From contig CAXXMV010000006.1 in the NCBI GenBank assembly GCA_963662285.2, positions 1,120,001 to 1,184,000 on the forward strand: DNA of 64,000 bases. The letters are read 5' to 3'. Source of the DNA: a bacterium (lineage in GTDB: Bacteria; Hinthialibacterota; Hinthialibacteria; Hinthialibacterales; Hinthialibacteraceae). Below are positions 21,451 through 30,323 of this stretch, piece after piece; within the stretch, counting starts at the first letter, position 1; every line of letters starts with the position of its first letter. The notes under the pieces are model-generated. The model saw nothing but the letters and a program-made list of their open reading frames with translations. It did no database searches and was not told the DNA's origin. The position numbers and the translations under genes are program-made.

Positions 21451-22152
21451 ATGCAATCGAATCTTGGCGTAGATGTTTTCAAATCAAGTTCTATCGATCC
21501 AACTATATTTGTTTATCTTTTATGTTTATGCATTATCGTAGTTTTGTTCACTATGATTTATAGAGATTATCTTAAGATAACCTGGTTAAAAGCATTTTTG
21601 TTCTCTTTGTTTTGCGTAGCATCCGCCGGGGCGGTTTTTTACTATAATGTTTGGATATATGAATCCAGTCATGTAAAAGTGTCTCCTCAGCAAATGACGC
21701 AGAAAATCATTCCTAATATGTTATTGGTTTTATTCGCCTTTCCATTAATCGTGCAGTTAATTCGCAAGTGGACCGGTAAACTGACAGAGCAGGAGAAAAT
21801 GGTCGGCCCGGAAGGATTCAAAGCGTGGTTGACTGTGGGGAATCTGGTTTGCTGCGTCGGCATTTCGCTATGTTATGGCGCTATGCAAGAAGATGGCTCT
21901 TTTATCGCCGTGTTGATTGCGCTTTGCGTGACAATCGCCATTGTTTTGATTTATCCATTTGTTAATTGGATCGCCCAAGATAGAAACCAGATTGACGCAC
22001 CATCATCAGGGGATGATATGTCCGCCGCGCAGGTGAAAATTATTAAAATGCTGGAAGAAGGCAAAATCAGTTCCCAGGAGTGTGGGGATTTATTGACGGC
22101 CTTGAATAATCCTGCCAAAGAACCTCAAGATAACGAATCTCCTCAGGCGTAA
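21451..22152 (+). CDS. Multi-TM membrane protein with a C-terminal SHOCT-like domain
   Basis: About 5 hydrophobic segments, KIIKMLEEGKISSQECGDLL, and a GAGGTG RBS. Confidence 0.85.
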   Translation: MQSNLGVDVFKSSSIDPTIFVYLLCLCIIVVLFTMIYRDYLKITWLKAFLFSLFCVASAGAVFYYNVWIYESSHVKVSPQQMTQKIIPNMLLVLFAFPLIVQLIRKWTGKLTEQEKMVGPEGFKAWLTVGNLVCCVGISLCYGAMQEDGSFIAVLIALCVTIAIVLIYPFVNWIAQDRNQIDAPSSGDDMSAAQVKIIKMLEEGKISSQECGDLLTALNNPAKEPQDNESPQA

Positions 22153-22366
22153 CATGCCCTGAATATGGGCTTTTTTACACCAATCGTGATTAATCTACCT
22201 ATTTCTGAAAAAGCGCCCGTTTTTACCAATTAAGTCGTTGTCAGGGCGCCTATCTTTAATTCTTGTTTTCGTATAAATATAGTATCTCTTTAGTAAAATG
22301 AATAATTATCTTGATGCTTATAATATTTTTATTCAACTATATTTAATAAGAAAGCGAGTATTACTA

Positions 22367-24841
22367 ATGTCAAATTGGAAAAAAATGGGATTTCTCCTCA
22401 GTGTGATTTTTGCCGTCGGTATTTTGCCTGTCGCGGCGTTAGAGAATGCGCCTTATCCGGTGACTCCTGTATCTCCAATTACGGTGGAAATCGGTGTTCT
22501 GGCTCCTCTTTCCGGATCTCTTACCGAGTTGGGCGCTACTGCGTTAGCCACCTTGGAAATAGCCAAGGATGATTTTCAAAAAGTATTTCCTACAGTGACA
22601 ATCAATGAAACGGTGGTCGATACAAAATCCGATCCCCAAGTAGCTTTGCAGGAGTTGCAGGCGTTATCCCAAAAGGGAATCAGGGTATTTATCGGGCCGT
22701 TTTCCAGTGAGGAACTGTTGGCTGTCAAATCATTCGCCGATCAAAACGATATTATTTTGATTTCTCCGACCAGTACGGCGCCTTCTTTGTCACTGGATGA
22801 TAATATCTTTCGGATCAGTCCCGATGATTCCCGCCAATCAATGGCGCTGGCCACTTTTGTCAGCAGTCGACAGATAGATTATATCGTTCCTGTAGTGCGC
22901 GATGATATTTATGGTAATGAGTTTATCGAACAGTTTCAGCCGCAGTTTCAGGGATTGGGTGGCGAGACGGTTTCCCCCATCGTTTACAATACCTCGAACA
23001 CAGATTTTGAGCCGGTAGTCGCTCAAGTGAAAACTGCGGTGCAAGAAATTCTGCAACAGGCGCCTGATGCCGTTGTGGGAGTTTTGGCGGTTTCGTTTGA
23101 TGAAATAGTGGGTATATTCAACGCCGCATCCGGCGACGAACTACTGTCTGGATTGTCGTGGTTCGGCGCTGATGGCGTCGCTCAAAATGAAAGCATCAAT
23201 GCGGATGCGGTAGCGGCGGCATTCGCGGAAACGGTTGATTTTACTGCTTCCACTTTTTCCTATAACGCCATTTCCCACCCCTATCTGCCTTTTTCGCAGC
23301 ATTTAGAGAATTTGATTACCAAGGTTTTGCAAAATTATGCGACTCCACAAACAACGCAAATCCCCGCGATTTACGATGGGCTGTGGTTGGCCGGAATCAT
23401 GCAGTTTGATGCCGGTGTAACCGACCTTAATCAAGAATTGGTGCGAATTTCCAGGCAATTGGTAGGAATAATCGGCACGATAGATTTTAACGATACCGGT
23501 GACCGTGATTATGGATTCTATGGATTCTATCGTTTTGGCAACGCCAAATGGACTTTAATTGCGGCTTATCGTTTTTCCAAGTATGGATCAATCGAACCTT
23601 TCACCGATTTCACCTTCAATATTGAGGCTCAAGATAAAATCGTCAAAATGGGTTTGCTCTTGCCTTTATCTGGAGATAATTACTCTGCCGGAGCCAGTAT
23701 CAGTACCGCGATTGAAAAAGCTGAAATAGATATCAATGCGGTGTTACAGCGTTATTACACTCCAGATTCCAAGTTGGAACTTGTAGTGGGCAATACCAAT
23801 TCCGATCCGGAAACCGCCTATCAGAAATTGGTGGAGATGAAAGAACAAGGCGTTCAGTTTGTGATCGGTCCTGTAAATAGCGCGGAACTGGAACGGGTGG
23901 CGCCCTATGCCAATGAACAGAATATGATTCTACTTTCTCCTGCCAGTACATCCATGTCGTTGGCGAAAAAGGATAATGTATTCCGTTTGGCCTTGAATGA
24001 TGAAAAACAATCCAAAGCCCTGGCGATATTGGTGAAGGATCAGGGTTATTCGTATGTGGAAATACTGTATCGCGACGATATTTATGGCCAGGAATTAAAG
24101 CAGTATTTTACTCAGCATTTTGAAGCATTGGGCGGCGTATGCGGCGCCGGAATTGCGTATGATACAGAATCCCCTGATTTTCCAGGCCTTATATCTCAAG
24201 CGGAAACTGAAGTTTCTTCGGCGGCTTCCACCTATGGTCAAAGCAAAACAGCTGTCTTGTTGATTGCTTTTGATGAAGTAGGGCTGCTGTTTGATGCGAT
24301 TCCTACGGATTCCATCCTGGGTAATTACCGCTGGTTTGGAACGGATGGATTCGCCCAGAGTTTCATTTTCTCCGAACTGCCCAGAGCGATTGAATTCGCC
24401 ATGAAAACCGATCTGACTGCTTCCATTATGGGTACGGGAACCGATGTTATGGTGACGCCTACGGAAACTATGGTCAAAGATTTGACCGATCTCTTCGGAT
24501 TTGCGGCTAAGGCATTCGATATAAATGGTTATGACGCAGCCTGGATTTTCACCTTATATTCAATCTACCAGGATAGTCATCCTCTGTCAGATCCAACTCA
24601 GTTGATTGAAGATTTTGATTTATTAACCAAGAAAACCAATGGCTATCTGTCTCCCAATTTCCTGGATGAGGCTGGCGACCGTATGTTCGGAGACATTGAA
24701 TTCTTCAAACTGCGTCCATCGGGTAATTCGATTACCTGGGATAAGTACGCGTCCTACGTCTATTTCATCAACGAAACAGGACCTTTCTACTTCCAGGATA
24801 CTTCGACCTCCTTTGCGAAGATTGGTCCCTATTTGCGATAG
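22367..24841 (+). CDS. Secreted protein with two tandem type-I periplasmic-binding (LivJ/ANF-like) domains
   Basis: Duplicated motifs: IGVLAPLSG/MGLLLPLSG, FIGPFSS/VIGPVNS, SPTST/SPAST, RDDIYG twice, WFGADG/WFGTDG, GDR twice. Signal peptide from MSNWKK at 22367. Confidence 0.85.
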   Translation: MSNWKKMGFLLSVIFAVGILPVAALENAPYPVTPVSPITVEIGVLAPLSGSLTELGATALATLEIAKDDFQKVFPTVTINETVVDTKSDPQVALQELQALSQKGIRVFIGPFSSEELLAVKSFADQNDIILISPTSTAPSLSLDDNIFRISPDDSRQSMALATFVSSRQIDYIVPVVRDDIYGNEFIEQFQPQFQGLGGETVSPIVYNTSNTDFEPVVAQVKTAVQEILQQAPDAVVGVLAVSFDEIVGIFNAASGDELLSGLSWFGADGVAQNESINADAVAAAFAETVDFTASTFSYNAISHPYLPFSQHLENLITKVLQNYATPQTTQIPAIYDGLWLAGIMQFDAGVTDLNQELVRISRQLVGIIGTIDFNDTGDRDYGFYGFYRFGNAKWTLIAAYRFSKYGSIEPFTDFTFNIEAQDKIVKMGLLLPLSGDNYSAGASISTAIEKAEIDINAVLQRYYTPDSKLELVVGNTNSDPETAYQKLVEMKEQGVQFVIGPVNSAELERVAPYANEQNMILLSPASTSMSLAKKDNVFRLALNDEKQSKALAILVKDQGYSYVEILYRDDIYGQELKQYFTQHFEALGGVCGAGIAYDTESPDFPGLISQAETEVSSAASTYGQSKTAVLLIAFDEVGLLFDAIPTDSILGNYRWFGTDGFAQSFIFSELPRAIEFAMKTDLTASIMGTGTDVMVTPTETMVKDLTDLFGFAAKAFDINGYDAAWIFTLYSIYQDSHPLSDPTQLIEDFDLLTKKTNGYLSPNFLDEAGDRMFGDIEFFKLRPSGNSITWDKYASYVYFINETGPFYFQDTSTSFAKIGPYLR

Positions 24842-24869
24842 AGATTACCGTATTAAAGATTACAGTATT

Positions 24870-24911
24870 AAAAAAAGCCGGAGCAGGATGAAAACCTTGC
24901 TCCGGCTTTTT
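24870..24911. terminator. Bidirectional intrinsic terminator
   Basis: A7-GCCGGAGCA...TGCTCCGGC-T5 between convergent genes. Confidence 0.85.
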
Positions 24912-24946
24912 GGTTGTATAGAGGTTAAGAAAAAGTTACCTGTTAT

Positions 24947-26311
24947 TTACAAAGTCCAGCCTTTTCTGAACTCCGGTTTGATAATCCTGTCGGCTTCTGA
25001 AACGTTTTTAACTTTCATGTTTTTCGCATCCCAGAATAAACGTTGATCTTTGAGTTGCATGGCCATGACGCCCAGCAACGCCATTTCGGTTAAGGCGCCG
25101 CCATAACTGAAATTTGAACTGGCTGGTTTGCCGTCTTTGCAGGCGCGAACCCAATCCTGCGCATGTCCACCCTGGCCTCCCGGCACCCGTGACAATGATC
25201 TAGGCGGTTCTTTATATTTATCACCAGAATATAACTCGATTTTCAAACCGCCTGCGCCATGCGAACCGTGGGTGATAACGCCTTTTTCACCAATAAATAA
25301 GGCGCCATTGTTACCAAGTTTGATGCGATTTTCCATGCCTTCAGGAACAGGCGGCAGCAACCTGCCATCATACCAGGTAAGTTTTACTGGAGGCATATTG
25401 CCCCGCGCCGGGAACTTATAACGGACGATTGCGGCGCGTGGATACGTCTCACTGCTAACTTCAGGAAGCCAATGGGTTGTAGAAGCTTCTACGTATTCAG
25501 GGGAACCTAATTTCAAAGCCCAAAACGCGGGATCCATGATATGGCAGCCCATATCGCCAATAGCGCCCGTCCCGAAGGCAAGCCAGCTGCGCCAGGTAGT
25601 GGGACAGTAGCAGGGATGATAGGGGCGGAATTTCACTGGCCCCAGCCAAAGGTCCCAGTTAAGGTTATCAGGTATCGGCGGGGTGTCTTTGGGGCGGCTG
25701 CGGACGTCAAAGTTAGACCAGGGATCGCCGCCGACCGGACGGTCGCTCCAGGCGTTTACTTCCCGGATGTCGCCAATGGCATTATCATCGATCCATTCAT
25801 GTAATTGTCTGATTTCATCAGAAGAGTGTCCCTGGTTGCCCATTTGGGTTTGGACGCCATATTGACGCGCGGTTTCGGTCAAGACGCGGGTTTCATAGAT
25901 TGAGTGCGCCAATGGTTTTTGGCAGAATACATGTTTTTTGGATTTTAAGGCGCGCATGGCTGCAACGCCGTGACAGTGATCCGGAGTAGAAACAACCACC
26001 GCATCAAACTCGTTTTCGATCTTATCAAACATCACCCGGAAATCGGTGAACTTTTTGGCTTTGGGGAATCGTTCAAATGAACCCGCAGCGTTTTTAGAGT
26101 CTACATCACACATTGCAACGATATTCTCGGTGCTGACGTCACGGATATCTCCGCCGCCCTTGCCGCCCACGCCTATACCGGCGATGTTTAATTTATCGCT
26201 GGGAGCGGTGTGTCCCTCACGGCCTAATGTCTGGCTCGATAAAAATAACAGTGATGAATATTTCCCGGTTGTGCGGATAAATTGCCGACGATTTGAAGGT
26301 TTTGTATCCAT
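24947..26311 (-). CDS. Gfo/Idh/MocA family oxidoreductase with a twin-arginine leader
   Basis: NRRQFI, IGVGGKG, STPDHCH, CQKPL, QMGNQ, WDLWLGP, GDMGCH. Confidence 0.92.
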   Translation of the reverse strand: MDTKPSNRRQFIRTTGKYSSLLFLSSQTLGREGHTAPSDKLNIAGIGVGGKGGGDIRDVSTENIVAMCDVDSKNAAGSFERFPKAKKFTDFRVMFDKIENEFDAVVVSTPDHCHGVAAMRALKSKKHVFCQKPLAHSIYETRVLTETARQYGVQTQMGNQGHSSDEIRQLHEWIDDNAIGDIREVNAWSDRPVGGDPWSNFDVRSRPKDTPPIPDNLNWDLWLGPVKFRPYHPCYCPTTWRSWLAFGTGAIGDMGCHIMDPAFWALKLGSPEYVEASTTHWLPEVSSETYPRAAIVRYKFPARGNMPPVKLTWYDGRLLPPVPEGMENRIKLGNNGALFIGEKGVITHGSHGAGGLKIELYSGDKYKEPPRSLSRVPGGQGGHAQDWVRACKDGKPASSNFSYGGALTEMALLGVMAMQLKDQRLFWDAKNMKVKNVSEADRIIKPEFRKGWTL

Positions 26312-26393
26312 TATTTGGTTCTTTCTTTTAAGTTTTTTTCATTCTTTCATAGAACTGATAAACATACAAGAAGAGAAAAGAGTATTTTTTCTG

Positions 26394-26509
26394 TTAGAGT
26401 GATTCTCAAAAATATATGCGTACTGAAAACGTTAGATTTGTTAAAAGTCCCATCTTTCGGGAACTTTTAACAACCACATAGACTTACGCTATTTTGAGAA
26501 TCGCTCTAA
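26394..26509. mobile_element. MITE-like element (~116 bp)
   Basis: Terminal inverted repeats TTAGAGTGATTCTCAAAA / TTTTGAGAATCGCTCTAA (17 of 18 match), plus an internal inverted repeat TTGTTAAAAGTCCC...GGGAACTTTTAACAA. Confidence 0.6.
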
Positions 26510-26550
26510 TAGTACGACTGGTTTCTTTTGTCAGGTGTTTTTTTGTAATT

Positions 26551-26610
26551 CCCCCTCACCCTAGCCCTTTCCTGCCGGGCTACTCTCCGGTCACAAATAA
26601 GGAGAGGAGA
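26551..26610. repeat. Degenerate REP-like family B copy (CCCTCACCCTAGCCCT...GGAGAGG)
   Basis: Same 5' end as 39770-39804 and 42138-42171, with an inserted loop. Confidence 0.5.
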
Positions 26611-26635
26611 ATGAAACGGGGAGCATCATAGAGCA

Positions 26636-26958
26636 GGGAGCATCGGCTTCTAGCCGGTGTGTCAAATAGAATAGAATGGTCCCCATGACGCATAATCATT
26701 TCCATGGAAATAGGGGGATGAAAAATGAATAACCGATTTGTGTTGTGATGCCGGATCACGTGCAGATCCTCCTGACGCCATTGGAAATTCCAAACCTTGG
26801 ATATCATTCGATCTCAACAATACTTCATAGCATTAAAAGTTATTCATCAATAGAAGCAAACCGGTTAGGAAGGGATTGGTTGAAGTGGTGGAAGAGTATT
26901 CGTTTTTGTATGAAGAGAACCGAAGGGATTGGCGCACCGGCTAGAAGCCGATGCTCCC
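26636..26958 (+). pseudogene. Internally deleted RAYT (REP-associated Y1 tyrosine transposase) remnant flanked by a 24-bp perfect inverted repeat
   Basis: VMPDHVQILL...LHSIKSYSS..ANR, then in a shifted frame PVRKGLVEVVEEYSF. IR GGGAGCATCGGCTTCTAGCCGGTG at 26636-26659 and 26935-26958. Confidence 0.75.
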
Positions 26959-27182
26959 CTTTTTGATACTCTCTGGTTATTGGTAGAGTGTTTTTTCAGT
27001 TTATCATAGGTAGGTGCATTGCCACTGCTTCAATTTCATAACAATGTGTACGGAGCGTAGCCCTAAGGGGATAGGGAACAACAATGATAACTTAATAACA
27101 TTGCCACCGATCCCAAGAGGGCGATGAGTACCATATCAGGCGTCCAGCCCTGTTTGCATGTTTCAATCTTTTGAACATATCA

Positions 27183-30100
27183 TTACGACTTTTTTCTCAT
27201 GAACCATGTGGATATAAGGACGAAGAACAAGGGGATGAAGATCAGGTCGATGAACGTGGCCGAGCACATCCCGCCGGTAACAGCCGTTCCAATGGCCGAC
27301 ATCGCGCCAGCGCCGGCGCCCGAGGCAATCGCCAGCGGTAGAGTGCCGAAGAAAAACGCCAGGGAGGTCATGATGACGGGGCGGAAACGGATTTTCACGG
27401 CGGACAAGGTCGCATCAACCAACCCTAAACCATTACTCATCTCTTCCTTGATGAATTGGATGATCAGAATGGCGTTTTTAGTCGATAGTCCCAGCGTTGT
27501 CAGGAATCCGATCTGGAAGTACACATCGTTGTTCATCCCCCTGCAATACGTGGCCAGCAGCGCGCCGAATACACCGAGGGGCAGCATTAAAAGGTTGACG
27601 ATGGGGATGGTCCAACTTTCGTACAACGCCGCCACGCAGAGGAAAATAACCAGGATGGAGAACGCATAGAGCAACGGCCCTTGAGCTGTTGCTATTCGCT
27701 CTTGATAGGAAAGTCCCGTCCAGTCATAACCAATCCCCTCTGGTAGTTTGGCGACGATATCTTCCATGGCCTGCATAGCTTCGCCGGTGCTATGTCCCGG
27801 CGCCGCTTCGCCCAGTATGTTCAATGACGAGAATCCGTTGAAGCGCTCCAAACGGGGAGATCCGGAATTCCAGCGGCAGGTAGCAAACGAAGAGAATGGA
27901 GTCATCTTTCCAACGTTATTGCGCACGTATAGTTTTTCCAGGTCTTGAGGAAGCATGCGATATGGAGCGTCGGCCTGGACGTAGACCCTCTTGACGCGCC
28001 CGGCTTGAATGAAATCGTTGACGTAAGAACTTCCGAAAGCCGCCGCGATGGTATTATGAATCGAGGTAATGGGTAAACCCAACGCGCCAGATTTTTCCCA
28101 ATCCACATCGATTCGGTATTCGGGAACGTCTTCCATACCGTTGGGCCGAACTCGCACTAACCTGCTGTCTTTTTTCGCTAGGTCAAGGAACTGATTTCTG
28201 GCATCCATAAAAGCGGCGTGACCTAGACCGCCGCGATCTATCAACTCGAATTCAACACCCTGGGCTGTACCCAACTCGATAACTGGGGGCGGCGGGAAAG
28301 TAAAGACCGTGGCATTGAGCATTTTTGCAAATTCTTCCATTGCCCTGCCCGCGATGGCCTTGGCCCTTAAATCGGGACGGTCGCGAAGGTTCCAATCCTT
28401 TAGTTTGACGAATACCATGCCGTTATTCTGAGCTCGACCGGAAAACCCCATACCGGCGATCGTCAGACTGGATTCCACCGCTTCTTTTTCGTTCTCTACG
28501 AAATAGCGACCGACGTAATCCGAAACCTCTTGTGTTTGCTCGATGGTGGCGCCGATCGGCATGAGGATTTGGGTAAATAGAATTCCTTGATCTTCATTGG
28601 GAAGGTAAGCGGTCGGCAACTGAAAGAATAGATATCCAATTACTCCTACGATGATTGCGTAAAGGAACAGATAGCGGAGTTTCTTTGCGAGAGAATGTCC
28701 GACCATATCGACGTATTGATCCCTAATCCAGAAAAAGATATAGTCGAACCATCTGAAAAATGGACGCAGAAAGAAGATCGCGTTTTCTGATGGTTCATGC
28801 CCTTTTGCCACCGGTTTGAGAAGCGACGCGCATAGAACCGGTGTTAGGATCAACGCCACAAATACCGATAGGAGCATGGAGGCAATTATCGTTATAGAGA
28901 ACTGGCGGTAGATTACGCCGGTCGATCCCGGGAAAAACGCCATTGGGCCAAACACCGCCGAAAGCACTAATCCAATACCGATCAAAGCGCTTGTAATCTG
29001 GTCCATCGATTTGGCGGTGGCTTCGCGGGGCGAAAGTCCTTCTTCGGCCATGATTCGTTCGACGTTTTCCACGACGACGATGGCATCGTCTACCAACAGT
29101 CCGATAGCCAATACCATAGCGAACATGGTCAGCATGTTGATGGAATATCCAAACGCTCCCATTACAGCAAAAGTTCCCAGAAGAACCACCGGAACGGCAA
29201 TGGTGGGAATCGCGGTGGCGCGGATATTACCCATGAAGAGCCACATGACCAGAAACACGAGAAAGACGGCTTCGAATAACGTTTTAACCACCTCGTGAAT
29301 GGCGACCTGGATAAATGGAGTCGTGTCGTAGGGATAGACAACCTTAATTCCCGGTGGGAAGAAGCGGCTCATCTCTTCCATTTTCTTTTTGACGGATTCT
29401 GCGGTCTCTAAGGCATTAGCGCCGGGCGCCTGGCGAATCGCCAGCGCGGCGGTGGGCCTGCCATTATGGAATGCCTGAATATCGTAGGACTCGGCTCCTA
29501 ATTCCGTCCGTCCAACATCCTTGATCCGCACGACGGAGCCATCGGGATTGGTGCGAATGGGGATATTGGCGAACTCATCCGGGGTTTGCAGCAAGTTCTG
29601 AATGACGATGGATGCGTTCAGGCGTTGTCCGGGAACGGCTGGCATTCCGCCAAGCTGTCCAGCGGATATCTCTACATTGTAGGCCTTCAGCGCCAGAATG
29701 ACTTCTTCGATGGTAAGATTGTAGTTGGTGAGTTTGTCGGGATTTAGCCAGACCCGCATAGCATACTGGGAGCCAAAGCACGTTACTTCGCCGACTCCAG
29801 GAGCGCGGGCCAGTACTTTTTCCAGCTTGGATTGGGCGTAATCCCGTAAATCTTTACCATCCATGCTGCCGTCTTCAGAAATCAAACCTACAATAATCAA
29901 GTAATTCCGAGTGGATTTGCTCACCATAACCCCGGAACGCTGGACCACGTCGGGAAGACTAGCCATTGCCAGTTGGAGTTTGTTTTGCACCTTGGCCCAC
30001 GCCAGGTCGGGATCGGTTCCCGCTTTAAAAGTTAATTCGAGACGTGATGCCCCTGACGAGTCGCTGGCGCCGGAGAGATACAACATATCGTCAAAACCCG

Positions 30101-30311
30101 TCATCTTCTGTTCGATGATCTGGGTTACGCTGTTTTCCACCGTTTCCGCCGAGGCGCCGGGATAAAAGGAGTCTATGGCGATAGATGGTGGAGCGATAGG
30201 CGGATATTGCGATATGGGTAAATTGTAAATCGACAGTCCACCTAAAACCATAATGGCGATCGCGATGACCCAGGCAAAAACCGGTCTATCGAGAAAAAAT
30301 CGTGATAACAT
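27183..30311 (-). CDS. acrB: HAE1 RND efflux permease (AcrB/MexB family)
   Basis: FFLDRPVFAWVIAI, QYPPIAPP, GLLVDDAIVVVENVER, KNAILI, RFRPVIMTSLAF. 1042 aa. Confidence 0.97.
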   Translation of the reverse strand: MLSRFFLDRPVFAWVIAIAIMVLGGLSIYNLPISQYPPIAPPSIAIDSFYPGASAETVENSVTQIIEQKMTGFDDMLYLSGASDSSGASRLELTFKAGTDPDLAWAKVQNKLQLAMASLPDVVQRSGVMVSKSTRNYLIIVGLISEDGSMDGKDLRDYAQSKLEKVLARAPGVGEVTCFGSQYAMRVWLNPDKLTNYNLTIEEVILALKAYNVEISAGQLGGMPAVPGQRLNASIVIQNLLQTPDEFANIPIRTNPDGSVVRIKDVGRTELGAESYDIQAFHNGRPTAALAIRQAPGANALETAESVKKKMEEMSRFFPPGIKVVYPYDTTPFIQVAIHEVVKTLFEAVFLVFLVMWLFMGNIRATAIPTIAVPVVLLGTFAVMGAFGYSINMLTMFAMVLAIGLLVDDAIVVVENVERIMAEEGLSPREATAKSMDQITSALIGIGLVLSAVFGPMAFFPGSTGVIYRQFSITIIASMLLSVFVALILTPVLCASLLKPVAKGHEPSENAIFFLRPFFRWFDYIFFWIRDQYVDMVGHSLAKKLRYLFLYAIIVGVIGYLFFQLPTAYLPNEDQGILFTQILMPIGATIEQTQEVSDYVGRYFVENEKEAVESSLTIAGMGFSGRAQNNGMVFVKLKDWNLRDRPDLRAKAIAGRAMEEFAKMLNATVFTFPPPPVIELGTAQGVEFELIDRGGLGHAAFMDARNQFLDLAKKDSRLVRVRPNGMEDVPEYRIDVDWEKSGALGLPITSIHNTIAAAFGSSYVNDFIQAGRVKRVYVQADAPYRMLPQDLEKLYVRNNVGKMTPFSSFATCRWNSGSPRLERFNGFSSLNILGEAAPGHSTGEAMQAMEDIVAKLPEGIGYDWTGLSYQERIATAQGPLLYAFSILVIFLCVAALYESWTIPIVNLLMLPLGVFGALLATYCRGMNNDVYFQIGFLTTLGLSTKNAILIIQFIKEEMSNGLGLVDATLSAVKIRFRPVIMTSLAFFFGTLPLAIASGAGAGAMSAIGTAVTGGMCSATFIDLIFIPLFFVLISTWFMRKKS

Positions 30312-30323
30312 TCTAATCCTCCA

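Noticed and set aside
24800-24841. C-terminus TSFAKIGPYLR as a W-tail member
   Set aside because: No Trp and out of register; at best a degenerate variant.
24842-24871. 15-bp tandem duplication AGATTAC.GTATTAA
   Set aside because: Only two copies, next to a terminator; likely local slippage.
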